From Octopus sinensis (taxonomy: Eukaryota): a DNA stretch of 64,000 nucleotides. The notes beneath the pieces are model-generated. The model saw only the letters and a list, made by a program, of their open reading frames with translations, searched no databases and was not told the DNA's origin. The stretch is taken from contig NC_043017.1 of the NCBI RefSeq assembly GCF_006345805.1, positions 10,602,001 to 10,666,000 on the forward strand. Direction: 5' to 3'. The position numbers were made by a program, and so were the translations under genes. Below are positions 25,744 to 38,759 of the stretch, one piece after another (position 1 is the stretch's first letter; each line of letters opens with the position of its first letter).

Positions 25744-26520
25744 ATGGCACAGGTGGTCCAAGAAGGTGACAATATGGCCAGTATCATTAAACAATGGTAA
25801 CATCATAAAGATGGCATTAAACACATAGACATCACTTTGTCGTTGTTGTTGTTGCTGCTTTTCAGAATGATGCATTTTGTGGAGCCAATTTAGAAGCATG
25901 TCAGTGGCAAAACTCCTGAAGATATTCCCATCCTGACGCTTGTCTTTCACAGGAACAAGTTGCTCGATGATGCTTTCTGATGGATAGAGTCGCAGGTATT
26001 TGACAAAAAGGTAGAGGCGCCATTCTTCAAGGTTGTCGTTGACGAGTGAGAAGGCCTTGTGGATTAATTTTGATATATATCGCTCCTGGAAACGGTTTAG
26101 TGATGCAGTGCTGCTAACTGAAGTTGACATGGATCGTTCATCGATAGAGAGGTCAAACGTCGGTGAACTTGAGAACTTTACAGATGATGCCTTACCAGAT
26201 GGGTTCGCAGGAGATTTCTTTGAGTAAAGCAAAAGCTCAGCAAGTTGAGTGAGTCTCTCTGGTAAATAGTTCCTTGAAGAACACTCTTCTTTGGTCAAGG
26301 AATCGATACATTCTAATGTGATCTCTGTGATGCTGGTCCAGCATCTGTGTGCAATGCTGTCGCTGATATCATTGTCAGCGTCCTTCGCAAATGTGTTCTC
26401 TACACCTGAGGAATGGAGTTCAGTTAAGGAGTTGAGCAGAGTGCCTAGCTGATTATAAAGGGTAGATTTCGAAAGGGTCCCTCTCCGTTCCACAAGAGAT
26501 TCTAACACCAAGGGTTCAAG
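25744..26520 (-). CDS. LTN1: LTN1 exon 10 (large central exon)
   Basis: Open 777-nt exon LEPLVLESL...FLDHLCH within ORF 25735..26526; AG/GTAAGT. Confidence 0.92.
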
Positions 26521-27059
26521 CTGCAACAGTAAAACAGAAATATAAGGGTTTCAAATTTTGACACAAGACCAGTAATTTCATGGGGAGGAAGTCGATTAGA
26601 CTGACCCCAGTGCATAACTGGTAATTATTTTATTGGCTCTGAAAGGATGAAAGACAAAGTTAACCATGGTGGAATTTTAAACTCAGAAGAAATGCTGTTA
26701 AGACTATTTTCTGGTGTGCAAATGATCCTACCAGCATGCTGGCTTAGACTGTTGACTAAAAAAGAGAAATCTCTAACAAGGACAATTAAGCATTTACATA
26801 TTTCTCATGGCACCTGTGTCGGTGGCACATAAAATCACCCACTACACTCTCGGAGTGGTTGGCGTTAGGAAGGGCATCCAGCTGTAGAAACACTGCCAGA
26901 TCTGACTGGCCTGGTGCAGCCTTCGGGCTCCCCAGACCCCAGTTGAACCGTCCAACCCATGCTAGCATGGAAAACGGACGCTAAATGATGATGATGATGA
27001 AGGTACCCAATTCTATTTTCATATTTTTCCAGATTATTTTGGCTTCATTAGCAATCCCA

Positions 27060-27570
27060 CAGTTATATATAGCTTAAACCAAAGAGAAAAGGGTAGACTA
27101 AAGACATGGAAGTCAGATCTCTGCAGAGAAATCAAAATATTGTGCTTTGGAAGATCTGTTGAGTCAGTGTTGCTATATGGAACAGGGAGATGGACCCTGA
27201 CTCAAGCACCTGAGAAGAAACTGGACACTAAAATGTTTAAGGTTGTACAAAAACATAAACTGGGGTCAATGTATAACAAATGAAAGTTTCAATGGAAACT
27301 TGCTCAAGATAACAACTACAATTGCTCAAAGATGGTTGATATTTGTTGGACATTGCAGGAGAAGCAAGCAGGAAATGATACACAAACTACTGTTGTGGGA
27401 ACCAGCTTGTGGGAGACACATGAGGGGAAGACCTGCTTGAAGATTCATTGATCAGCTCTCTAATGATAAAAACCTCAGTGAAGGGCAGTAGCCAGGAGCA
27501 ATGGAAAATAGCGAATTGTGAAGAGACTTTGCCAAGAATGCTCGACCATGGTCACAAGAGTGATAAACTA
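27060..27570 (+). mobile_element. Degenerate RTE-like LINE 3' fragment
   Basis: WKSDLCREIKILCFGRSVESVLLYG...W, then FVGHCRR...LLLWEP...RGRP. Confidence 0.65.
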
Positions 27571-27658
27571 ACGACCACCAGAAAGAAAGAAAGAAAGACA
27601 GAAAAACGGATCACCGTGTGAAAATGGAATATGTTAGATTATATATCAAAACACTAAC

Positions 27659-27800
27659 CTGGTCCATGAATACATGATGACAATTGTTTAAATCCTCATC
27701 TCTCAAGTCCATCTTCACCATGTAGTGGACACATTCCATAAAGGAAGTGACCATGGCTGAACACTCACTGCCACTCCACTGGACACTGTCTTTACAAATG
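27659..27800 (-). CDS. LTN1: LTN1 exon 9
   Basis: ICKDSVQWSGSECSAMVTSFMECVHYMV...FMDQ; AG/GTTAGT; 142 nt. Confidence 0.9.
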
Positions 27801-27949
27801 CTGGAAAGGACAAGAATGGGGAAGAGAAAAAGAATAAAATACTAATAATGGTGGAGGTGTCTGATGCAGATGGTTTAGTACCAGGCAGCAGCACACAAAG
27901 AATTTGATTTCTATTTCACTATCACAATCTGCAAGGTGTTTTAGCATTA

Positions 27950-28166
27950 TACTCTTTTACTTGTTTCAGTCATTTGACTGCGGCCATGCTGGAGCACCGC
28001 CTTTAATCAAGCAAATCGAGCCCAGGACTTTTTCTTTGTAAGCCCAGTACTTATTCTATCGGTCTCTTTTGCCGAGCCGCTAAGTGACGGGGATGTAAAC
28101 ACACCAGCATCGGTTGTCAAGCAATGCTAGCGAAACAAACACAGACACACAAACACATACACACTA

Positions 28167-28211
<45 letters not shown>

Positions 28212-28376
28212 TACAACAGGCTTCTTTCAGTTTCCGTGTACCAAATCTACTCACAAGGCATTGGTCGGCCCGGGGCTATAGCAGAAGACACTTGCCCAAG
28301 ATGCCACGCAGTGGGACTGAACCTGGAACTAGGTGGTTGGTTAGCAAGCTACTTACCACACAGCCACTCCTGCGCC
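27950..28376 (-). mobile_element. SINE family A
   Basis: Reverse-complement full-length copy. Confidence 0.85.
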
Positions 28377-28746
28377 TATATACGTATTAAATATGCATAT
28401 GTGCAGGAATGGTCGTGCAGCTGAGAAGTTTGCTTCCCAACCATATGGTTCCAGGTTCAATCCCACTGTGTGGAAACTCAAGCAAGTGTTTTCTACTAGA
28501 GCACAGAGCCGACCGAAAGCTCTGTGAGTGGATTTAATAGACAGAAACTGAAAGACAACCGTTGTGTGTATGTACACTGTTTGACTGGTGTCGGTTTGTT
28601 TACATCCTTGTGACACTGGATTGGCATAAGAGACTGATAGAATAAGTAGTAGGCTTAGAAATAAGCACTGAGACAAGCTAGTCAACCCAGCATGGTCACA
28701 GTCCAATGACTGAACCAAGTAAAAGAGAAAAAATAAAACCACACAT

Positions 28747-28780
<34 letters not shown>

Positions 28781-29181
28781 TCTTTTACTTATTTCAGTCA
28801 TTTGACTGTGGCCATGCTGGAGCACTGCCTTTAATCAAGCAAATTGACCCCAGGACTTATTCCTTGTAAGCCTAGTACTTATTCTATTGGTCTCTTTTGC
28901 TGAACTGCTGAGTTACAGGGACATAAACACACCAGCATCAGTTGTCAAGCGATGTTGGAGGGATAAACACAGACACACAAGCATATACACACACATATAT
29001 ACGACAGGCTTCTTTCAGTTTCCACCTAGCAAATCCACTCACAAGGCTTTGGTCAGCCTGAGGCTATAGTAGAAGACACTTGCCCAATGTGCCATGCAGT
29101 GGGACTGAACCCGTAACCATGTAGTTGGTAAGCAAGCTACTTACCACACAGCCACTCCTGTGCCTATACACACACACACAC

Positions 29182-29216
<35 letters not shown>

Positions 29217-29603
29217 TCTTTTACTTATTTCAGTCATTTGACTGTGGCCATGCTGGAGCACAGCCTTTAATCAAGCAAATTGACCCCAGGACTTATTCCT
29301 TGTAAGCCTAGTACTTATTCTATTGGTCTCTTTTGCTGAACTGCTGAGTTACAGGGACATAAACACACCAGCATCAGTTGTCAAGCGATGTTGGAGGGAT
29401 AAACACAGACACACAAGCATATACACACACATATATACGACAGGCTTCTTTCAGTTTCCATCTAGCAAATCCACTCACAAGGCTTTGGTCAGCCTGAGGC
29501 TATAGTAGAAGACACTTGCCCAATGTGCCACGCAGTGGGACTGAACCCGTAACCATGTAGTTGGTAAGCAAGCTACTTACCACACAGCCACTCCTGTGCC
29601 TAT

Positions 29604-29640
<37 letters not shown>
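28781..29640 (-). repeat. Tandem duplication of a SINE family A copy (2 x ~436 bp)
   Basis: Units offset by 436 bp; near-identical, see ORFs 28887 and 29323. Confidence 0.9.
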
Positions 29641-29823
29641 CACACACACAGACAGACAAGTTATAGATTATGTACCTTATTGCATTTTGTTATGTGTGAT
29701 TCCATCACTTCTGTAAAAAAAAAGCCGTCTTGCATGAAAGCAGTCTGCAGTAAAAAATACAGTTGAGAACCACATTTCTAAGACTCACACACATTACACA
29801 AATGCACATGATACATACATGCA

Positions 29824-30229
29824 TAAACACATACAATCCATGGATGGAAGCACTCCATCGGTTACGACGACGAGCGTTCCGGTTGATCCGAATCAACGGA
29901 ACAGCCTGCTCGTGAAATTAACGCGTAAGTGGCTGAGCACTCCACAGACACGTGTACCCTTAACGTAGTTCTCGGGGATATTCAGCGTGACACAGAGAGT
30001 GACAAGGCCGGCCCTTTGAAATACAGGTACAACAGAAACAGGAAGTAAGAGTGAGAGAAAGTTGTGGTGAAAGAGTACAGCAGGGATCACCACCATCCCC
30101 TGCCGGAGCCTCGTGGAGCTTTAGGTGTTTTCGCTCAATAAACACTCACAACGCCCGGTCTGGGAATCGAAACCGCGATCCTATGACCACGAGTCCGCTG
30201 CCCTAACCACTGGGCCATTGCGCCTCCAC
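29824..30229 (-). mobile_element. SINE family D (tRNA-derived)
   Basis: Head GTGGAGGCGCAATGGCCCAGTGGTTAGGGCAGCGGACT...GGTTTCGATTCC; near-identical to 48482-48867. Confidence 0.85.
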
Positions 30230-30283
30230 ATACAATCCCTACACACTGAACAACAGAGACACACACACACACACAATACTAAC

Positions 30284-30474
30284 CCAGTTTTGAAGCAGGA
30301 GAAGAACTGCTCATAGAACTGTAGAGATTGTCCATTAAAGTCTTTGGGGAATTTGCTGAGTAATGGCAGAATACTAGGACTGATAACTGCAGCGTTTCCG
30401 TGGCAACCTTCAGTCAGCACATTTCTGAATTTAGGCCACACAGCTTTCGGCACACTTACAAACTGCCAACATTC
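30284..30474 (-). CDS. LTN1: LTN1 exon 8
   Basis: ECWQFVSVPKAVWPKFRNVLTEGCHGNAAVISPSILPLLSKFP...FFSCFKTG; AG/GT; 191 nt. Confidence 0.93.
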
Positions 30475-31289
30475 CTGGAAAATAGAATTACATTTTATAT
30501 ATGTGTGTGTGTGTGATAAGAACTCACATAGACAGGCAGACAGATACAGAAGGTGACAAGGCTGGCCCCTGGTGAATTACAGGTACAACTCGTTTTTTGT
30601 CAAATGAGTGCTTGCTTATTCAATTGTTTTGTATTAATCAAGCTTAACCTCATAGCTCGGAGATGTCGATGATGCGAATGTTTATTTTTAGAATGACATT
30701 GTAGGACAAGTGTGAGAGACCAGATCTTGACAGTTTTAACATAACACGAGTAAAATGAGGAGGAGATAAATAACCTGTGAAGTTAGATAAGTAAAACATA
30801 TTGGAGAGAAAAAAAAGCACAAAAATATAAAGCAAAATCAATAGCAATCAAAGAATGGGTACAATGAAAATGGAAGGGGACATCTATCTTTTACTCGCTT
30901 CAGTCACTGGACTGTAGCCATGCTGGAGCACTACACCTTGAAGGGTGTAGCAGATCAAATAAACCCTGAGCATTTATTTTTCATATTTATTCAATTTTTT
31001 TGTTGAGCGAGTCATGGGGACATAAACAAACCAACACTGGTTGCCAAGCGGTGGAATTACAAAGATATACACATAGACATGCACACACATGACAGGTGTT
31101 TTCAGTTTCTTTCTACCAAATCCACTCACAAGCCTTTTGGTTGGTTCTGGGTTGCAGTCAAAGACATTTGCTCAAGGTGCTATGCAGTGAGACAGAAGAG
31201 GATTGAACATTTTCGGTTATACTCTTTATCAAAAAGAAGAGAAAGAAACTGACACAGAGGAGAAGATAAATGATGAAGACGACACTTAC

Positions 31290-31463
31290 TGATGATATAT
31301 TGATGAGGGAGAGTACAGCTTCCCAAACAGAGCCACTGACAATGACCTCATTCTCATCTAGGTTTAGTAGAATGCAGGGACTAAGTTTCTTCATATTGTC
31401 AATAGCAACGTCTGGAAGAACTAGGCAAAGACTGGCCAGAAACAGGTAAGATGAGCTGCGTAT
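31290..31463 (-). CDS. LTN1: LTN1 exon 7
   Basis: IRSSSYLFLASLC...LDENEVIVSGSVWEAVLSLINISS; AG/GTAAGT; 174 nt. Confidence 0.92.
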
Positions 31464-32792
31464 CTGCAAGACAAATTGGAAACAGGTCTTGGTTCTTGGA
31501 AAACAAAAATCACAAATCTCAGCGTGAAAAATTACCATCACCATCATCCTTTTAACAACTATTATTCTCTACTTGCATAGGTTGGATGGAATTTAGAGGC
31601 AGATTTCTTATGGCTGGATGCCCTTCCTGTCACCAACCTCTTGTTTCCAAACAAGGTAATATTCCCCCATGACCAGACATTTTTTTGTCACAGGAAACGA
31701 AGGACATCACTTCTACGACAGGGACACTTGTTTACGACTATCACACAATGTCAAGACAAGGAGGCACAGCCACACACTTCCTTGGACAAAGGATTGTTTC
31801 AGTTTTCATCTACCAAACCCACTCACAAAGTTTTGGTCAGCTCAGGGGTTATAATAGAAGACACTTTCTCAGGGTTCCATGCAGCGGAACATAACCTACA
31901 ATCCCATATATGGGAAACAAACTTTTCACCACACAGTCACACCTGCATGCATATATATATATATATATAAAATTTAATTTCAAGAAAGAGGTTGTGAATC
32001 CAACCAACTAAGGGATAATATCTATCCAGTATACTGCTGGTAGAATACCCAATTATTAATACACAAGTGTTTTTTCATTGCATGGCAATTACACTACTGA
32101 ATGTAATAAATGGGTGAGAGTAAAAAGTTGTTTTACCCTTCATTTATACGGGAATAAGAAAACGACATATATGTAAAGCATAATATGTTATGCATGTATG
32201 TATATTTTTATAATTGTTTTTTTTTTCTTAAATAAGTCGACATAATATAATGTCTAAAAGTTGATGAATACCACTTCTTGATCCCCTCCATTTTCTTATT
32301 GCTGAGTGCATATATATATATATATAAAGTACCTTGAAGGTACACCCTGAGTCTCCCTGACTGTAGTTACCATGTATCTCCTCTACTGCAAGAGACCTGC
32401 TTCTGTTGTCCCTCTATCGTATTTTAACCTCTCTCACCTGGTGGCACAAAGCCACCTCACTCAAAACCACACCTGGTCTCAGTCAAGGGTTCTTTTTCTT
32501 GCAAGTTACCTGCTGATCTCACAGGTGCCATGTCAAAAAAAAGCACCCAGTACAGTCTGTAAAGTGGCTGGTATTAGAAAAGCATCCAGTAGTAGAAATC
32601 TTGTCAAAACTGCCATTGGAGCTTGATGCAGTCTTGTGGGTTACTGGGCCCTCTCAAACTTGTTCAAACCCTAGCATGGAAAACTGACATTATTAATGCT
32701 GATGGTAACAATAACATCAAGACTGAGACCCGATACTAAATCAGGAACCAACTCCCTAATTTCTTGAGAATACTAAAAAACATATTCCTTAC

Positions 32793-32973
32793 CGAATTAA
32801 CTGGCGATTTTGGTAACTTCCAGAATTTTGGAGAATCCAAAAGCTTAGAGATTTTCTCCTTTGATATATTTTTAGAATTATCAGTAAATGCTTTCAGAAG
32901 TTTGCAGATGGACAACAGTGATGAAGAAACGACTCTGTGGTATTTGCTTGTTAACTCATCTGGAGACGACACT
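32793..32973 (-). CDS. LTN1: LTN1 exon 6
   Basis: VSSPDELTSKYHRVVSSSLL...KFWKLPKSPVNS; AG/GTAAG; 181 nt. Confidence 0.92.
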
Positions 32974-33160
32974 CTGAAGAGAAAAAAAATTCATAAGCAA
33001 CAGGGGTAAGGGTTCCAAGGCACCGACATTAAAAGGAAGGGCTGTGCATAGAAGGGATTAGCGCAGAGCCTGGGGTGGGAGACACAATAAGGCTGATGGG
33101 AGGAGGAAGAAAGCTGAGTCAGGGTCACATGATATATTAATGTAGAAAATGACTACTTAC

Positions 33161-33213
33161 TTAGGGTCACCAAGTGTTTCAGGTTTTTGGTTGAGTAAAT
33201 TATCAATAGTGAA
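33161..33213 (-). CDS. LTN1: LTN1 exon 5
   Basis: FTIDNLLNQKPETLGDPK; AG/GTAAGT; 53 nt; phase fits neighbours. Confidence 0.9.
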
Positions 33214-33605
33214 CTGGGAAAAAGAAAAAAAACAAAGAAAACATTTTTAATAAACTACACAGGGTGTATGAGTGTTTATACAGTCAATTTTAATAAGTTG
33301 GTGTGTGAGTAAGGCAGTGAACCAGCCATAAAACATCTCCCCAAAGCCCTGTTTTAACCCCTTAGCATTCAGATTATTGTCAAATGCAATGCTTGCTTAT
33401 TCAATTGTTTTGTATTAATCAAGCTTAACCTCATAGCTCGGGGATGTCGATGATGCGACTGTTTATTTTTAGAATGACATTGTAGGACAAGTGTGAGAGA
33501 CCAGATCTTGACAGTTTTAACATAAAACTGACAGAATAGTTTGGCTGGATATGGCTGGTTTAAAAGTTAATCTTAAGGATACACATATATTTTTATAATA
33601 CTTAC

Positions 33606-33836
33606 ATCCAATATGGCTTCTTGGCAAAAGGTCAACGCTTGAGCCTGTTTTGCTGCAGGAAACGCAATATTGAAGGCCTGTTGTGCAGCAGTTGCAACTG
33701 TTGGATAGGGATCACACATACCAAGCAACCAGCTTGCCATTAGCTTCTTGAGATGTGGTGCCAACTCCCGGTGTAAAGAACCAGCTAAGACCGCCATGGA
33801 CTGTTGGGCAGCTTCACGTACCCTGTGGTTGTCATC
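33606..33836 (-). CDS. LTN1: LTN1 exon 4
   Basis: DDNHRVREAAQQSM...LAPHLKKLMASWLLGMCDPYPTVATAAQQAFNIAFP; AG/GT; 231 nt. Confidence 0.95.
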
Positions 33837-35078
33837 CTACAAGAAATAAAGAATGGTAAATGAAGGAAATAGTTAAGACAGTCTTGGGGAGGGTTAAAAA
33901 AAAAAGGAGTAGGGGTTGGATTCCTTAAGAGTGACACATCTATCCTCTCTCCCACTCCAAGTTCCCTACCCTCACTACAGGCCATCTAGCTTCACTACCA
34001 CAAACATCATAGTCATTCCTGGCCCCTACATTTGCCATAGTCACTACAAGTCCCTACAAACACTCACCAAACAACCACACTACTGTCATTAACAAATACA
34101 CAATACAGTTACTAAAAGTCCCCTACATATCCTATACAATCACTATAGGCCCCTTACATACAACCACTATACAGTTAATAGAGGTCATCTACCCTCACTA
34201 CCACATACACCATTAAGTCTCCTACATTCATCATACAGTCATTGCAGGTCATTTACCCTCAATACCACATATTTTCTTCACTCATACCATTTTCATGACC
34301 ATTAAAAATGTGTAGATGTCTGTTAAGCTACAGGTAACTGTTAAAAGGGTCGATGCTTGCTTCTGGTTTTATTTCGCTAAGTGGATGAGAAACAAATCTG
34401 CTCCTGGAAAGAAACTCTGGCCCATCACACACAACATTCCCAGAGGATCTGTTTGTTACCTATTCCTGGCAGCCAAGGTGAACTACTGAAGCAGCATAGA
34501 ATTCAGAATATACCTACCCCCACCAAATGTACAGCAAACTGTCTGCAAGTGGGTTTGAACCCAAGACTGAGGAGCCAATAATTGAATACTCTGAATATTG
34601 CAACCTCATGGCCATTTAGTTCTACCAGGGCTGTTCTCATGAAAAACCTAAAAAGGGTTTCCAAAACCTTTTAGAATGACCTAATATCACTGTACATCAT
34701 GTAAAGGTATGTGAAAATAGTTTGTTTTCAATCAGATATCAATATTAGGACAATTTCTTCCAGATCTAAACTATTTGGAACACATAAAAACAAATAGTTC
34801 TCTCGAAAATGTTACATCCATTTTTGTCACACATCTCACCCCAGATAAACGAGAATTGTGACCATAGCCATTGTTGTCCAGCAAACTCAATTAAAATTGT
34901 TTGGAAATTTCAAGGTCAGCAGTAAATAAATACCATCAGCCATTTTATGTTGCTCGGCAGAAATCCACCAGAATTAACAGTTTATATCTTCAGATGGAAA
35001 ATGTTATTTTCTGTTATGTCATGTTGATGTTTAGTATTTACCTGGATAGTCAAACTTTGCTGAGAAAAATGAATCAAT

Positions 35079-35299
35079 ACCTATTTCTTTATTACCCACA
35101 AGGGGCTAAACACAGGACAGACATAGGTATTAAGCCAATTACATCAACCCCAGTGAGTAACTGGTACTTAATTTATCGACCCTGAAAGGATGAAAGGCAA
35201 AGTCGACCTCGGCAGAATTTGAACTCACAACGTAACTGCAGACGAAATACCGCTAAGCATTTCACCCGGCGTGCTAACGTTTCTGCCAGCTCGCCGCCT
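35079..35299 (-). mobile_element. SINE family B
   Basis: TSD AAATGAATCAATACC on both sides. Confidence 0.85.
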
Positions 35300-35500
35300 T
35301 CCAAATGAATCAATACCATTCTAGTAAACTGTTTGGGATATGCAGTTTGGTTATTTCATAATTTGTGTCTCTGAGAGTCTTGAGTACCTCATACAAGAAT
35401 GACCCAACTCCACCACTTCAACAATCATCTTCACCGCTCCCTCTTCAAAAAAATATATAAATAAAAAGCAAAACAAAAAACAAACAACAACATGGATTAC

Positions 35501-35599
35501 CATTGATATTTTGGAGTAGATTCGGGGCCAATATGGAAGTACTGCTTTAGCATCTTTGCATTCCTTGTCTTTAATCAAAGCATTGAACTCTTGTAATGC
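35501..35599 (-). CDS. LTN1: LTN1 exon 3
   Basis: ALQEFNALIKDKECKDAKAVLPYWPRIYSKISM; AG/GT; 99 nt. Confidence 0.95.
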
Positions 35600-36330
35600 C
35601 TGAAAGGAAGAACAGAAATGAAAACCCAGAAACACAACAAATTATGGTAATCTTAGTTTCGTTAAAATTCAGAATGCATTACATGGGGAAGTTAAGTTAA
35701 GTTAAGTTAATTTTTTGGCTCAAAAAGCAAGGCCATGTAAGGGGACATGGAGTTATGTACAGGGTGGTTTTCATGCAAAGAGTTCAGGCCATTTGTGGTC
35801 AAGGGAGACTTTGAACCGAGCGGTCGTCGGCGAAGAGAGCACTAAAAATGAAAACCAGCAACAGCTGGAGATGGTAGTGGCTGTGGTGGCACTAATGCTG
35901 CAACAGATTGGTGTCCTCTTCAGAGGGGCAAGTACTGGACTCTTGGCCATTTACATACTCTGGAAACTAGAATAAGCTTGAGCCTGATGTACCTTACAAC
36001 AGAGCTAAGAAACGCACAAGGATATAAAAGACAGTGGCTTCAAACTAAATAGATCAGGAACTACACTGAAATACAGATAAACTAGCAGAGGCACTCGGCA
36101 TTGCCTGGGAATGAAATTTTTCCTGATAGTATATTGGAAGAAAAAAGCAAAATATGTTGTATCAATATTTTTTTATTTTTAAGAAAAAAAAATCAAATGA
36201 AGACCCTATTATATGTCCAAAGTGGAATTATTCATGCATCACAAGTATGGAAGTAATTGGTGAAACCGTTTTCACGTGAAAAGCGAATACACACACACAC
36301 ATCTCTATTTTATATATCAGATTAGATTAC

Positions 36331-36534
36331 CTTGATTTTGGTGATGCTGTCTTTCTTGGAGAGCTTCCTGAGGACCAAGCGCAAGTCCGCATCGAGGGCC
36401 ATATCAGCAGAGTGATCCAGATCCACAACAGGTACATAACCCATATCTGTTGTGGTGGATCCGAATCCAATGAAACCTTGGGTTGTTGTTCCAGATTCAC
36501 TGAGGAGTTGTGCTGCTTGGCTACTGTTTGAAGG
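36331..36534 (-). CDS. LTN1: LTN1 exon 2
   Basis: PSNSSQAAQLLSESG...GFIGFG...DADLRLVLRKLSKKDSITKIK, the conserved NEMF/60S-binding N-terminal region; AG/GT ends; 204 nt. Confidence 0.95.
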
Positions 36535-37630
36535 CTACAAAGATACACGAGAGAACAAGTAACAATTTATCATATTCTTTTATTTGTTTCAATCATTAGA
36601 CTGTGGCCATGCTGGGGCACTGGCATGAAGAATTTTTAGCCAGACGAACTGACCCCAGGACTTATTTTTTTTTTTAGCATGGTACTTATTCTATTGGTTG
36701 AACCACTAACTTATGGGAATGTAAACACACCAACACCGGTTGTCAAGTGATGGTGAAGGACAAACATTAATGCAAACACACACAGAGTGGTTGGCATTAG
36801 GAAGGGCATCCAGGTGTAGAAACACTGCCAGATCAGACTGGAACCTGGTGCAGCCTCCTGGCTTCCCAGACCCCAGTTGAACCGTCCAACCCATGCTAGC
36901 ATGGAAAACGGACGTTAAACGATGATGATGATGACATACATGAACGCACACAAGCTTCTTTTCAGTTTCTATCACCCAAATCCATTCACAAGGTGTTGGT
37001 TGGGTCAAGGCTTTAGTCCAGTGGTTCCCAACCTTTTCACCACCAAGGACCCCTTTTATTTAAACGAGTTTTCCCATGGACCCCAGGTCCATTGAAATCT
37101 GTCATGGGAGCCAGTCAAGGGGTACTGGCATCAGCCACATTTGGATGGCACTTTTTACGTGCCACCAGCACAGGAGCCTGTCAGGAGGAGGCATAATTGT
37201 GTAGTAAGAAGTTTGCTTCTGGGTTCAGACCCCCATTGTGTGGCCCCTAGGCAAGTATCTCCTATTGCCTCAGGTTGACCTAAGCCTTGTGAGTGGATAT
37301 GATAGACGGAAACTGAAAGAAGCCCATCGTTTGTGTGTGTGTGTGTTTTCCCCCCACCACAACTTGACAACTAGTGTTGATATGTTTGTGCCTCTATTAT
37401 CTCAGAAGTTCAGCAAAAGAGACCAGGCTTTAAAAAATGAGTGATGAGGTCGATTCTTCAAGGCCTCAGTCTAATGACCAAAACAAGTAATGGAAACATA
37501 TAGCTCCGAGGAAGTTGTAAGACGTTGCACAAGCACTCAGCTCCAAGTGCAAGCTTTTTATGGTAGAAACTGCTGTAAACTAATCGAAGGTGGTCACATA
37601 ACACCTGTTCATACTTTGAGTACTATTTCC

Positions 37631-37866
37631 TACCTGTTTCTTTATTACCCACAAGGGGCTAAACACAGAGGGGACAAACAAGGGCAGACATAGGTATTAA
37701 GTCGATTATATCGACCCCAGTGCGTAACTGGTACTTAATTTATCGACCCCGAAAGGATGAAAGGCAAAGTCGACCTCGGCGGAATTTGAACTCAGAACGT
37801 AGCGGCAGACGAAATACCGCTAAGCATTTCGTCCGGCGTGCTATCGTTTCTGCCAGCTCGCCGCCT
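37631..37866 (-). mobile_element. SINE family B
   Basis: TSD TTTGAGTACTATTTCCTACC on both sides. Confidence 0.85.
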
Positions 37867-38081
37867 TTGAGTACTATTTCCTACCACCCAAACGGACTTT
37901 ACTAAAAAGCATTTTCTTTTAACGAAATGTTCGTTATCAATAGTGTCGTGCATAAAACTATCATAAAATTTAGAAGCAAGAAAAATAAAAAGGAAAAAAA
38001 AGCAAGAATTTAATCGTAATTTACTCCTCCGAAAACTTATCTCCGGAAAATCTCGTAAAAACAATTACGCATTTAACAAAG

Positions 38082-38104
38082 TCCGAAGTGAAGCGGAAGT
38101 GACG
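38082..38104. promoter_or_regulatory. Tandem ETS/GABP-like sites in LTN1 intron 1
   Basis: CCGAAGTGAAGCGGAAGTGACG: one full CGGAAGTG, a degenerate copy and a TGACG half-site. Confidence 0.35.
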
Positions 38105-38677
38105 GGGGGGGGACGATCCTCTGAGAGAAAAGAAAAACATTTTCTTTCAAGTTTCATTAAAATTAATTATTATTTTTTAAGAAGGATATCGGAAAGCAAA
38201 GTCTTGATTGGTGAAGGACATATTTTAGTAGTTGTGGCCTAAATACAATGTGTCAGAAAGGAAAATAAGCTGGTCGCAGTTGGAAAGTCGGTCTTTTAAT
38301 CTTGCCATCTTAATAAATGTTGACCAGGGGTTAAAAAAAACCAAAAAAACCATCGACAACAACTGTCATTGAATCAGCATGGAGTCACTCGAACCAACAA
38401 TGGGATTTCCAAACGCTCGCTCAGCCTGCCAGAAATAGTAGCCAATAACCCTCAAATGACACTTGAGTGGTCTTAGAAAAGAAAGACGGGTTGGATAAAC
38501 GTGGAAATAGGTGCACTGTGTCTAAGTAAAAAGACGTGACACTCGCGGCTGGAACGTCTTGGACCATAGGTCTGTTGTATATATTATCAGGGCTGACATA
38601 TGGTTAAACAAGGAGAACAACATATGATGTGTAAATAAATGGGGGTCGGGGACACAGACATAAACAAAACTACTCAC

Positions 38678-38731
38678 GCGAACATTGCCTTTCGTTCTTT
38701 GTGACTGTTTCTTGTTTGGACGACCAGGCAT
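38678..38731 (-). CDS. LTN1: LTN1 (listerin E3 ubiquitin ligase) coding exon 1
   Basis: ATG...MPGRPNKKQSQRTKGNVR then GTGAGT donor; resembles the conserved listerin N-terminus (KQRTKGNxRPS); 54 nt. Confidence 0.93.
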
Positions 38732-38759
38732 GTTTGTTTCTCGTCGCTAATGAGAACTT

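Noticed and set aside
30150-30229. tRNA-like sequences with A and B boxes (also the heads of SINE families A and B)
   Set aside because: They continue into multi-copy SINE bodies and lack a complete acceptor stem, so they are not tRNA genes
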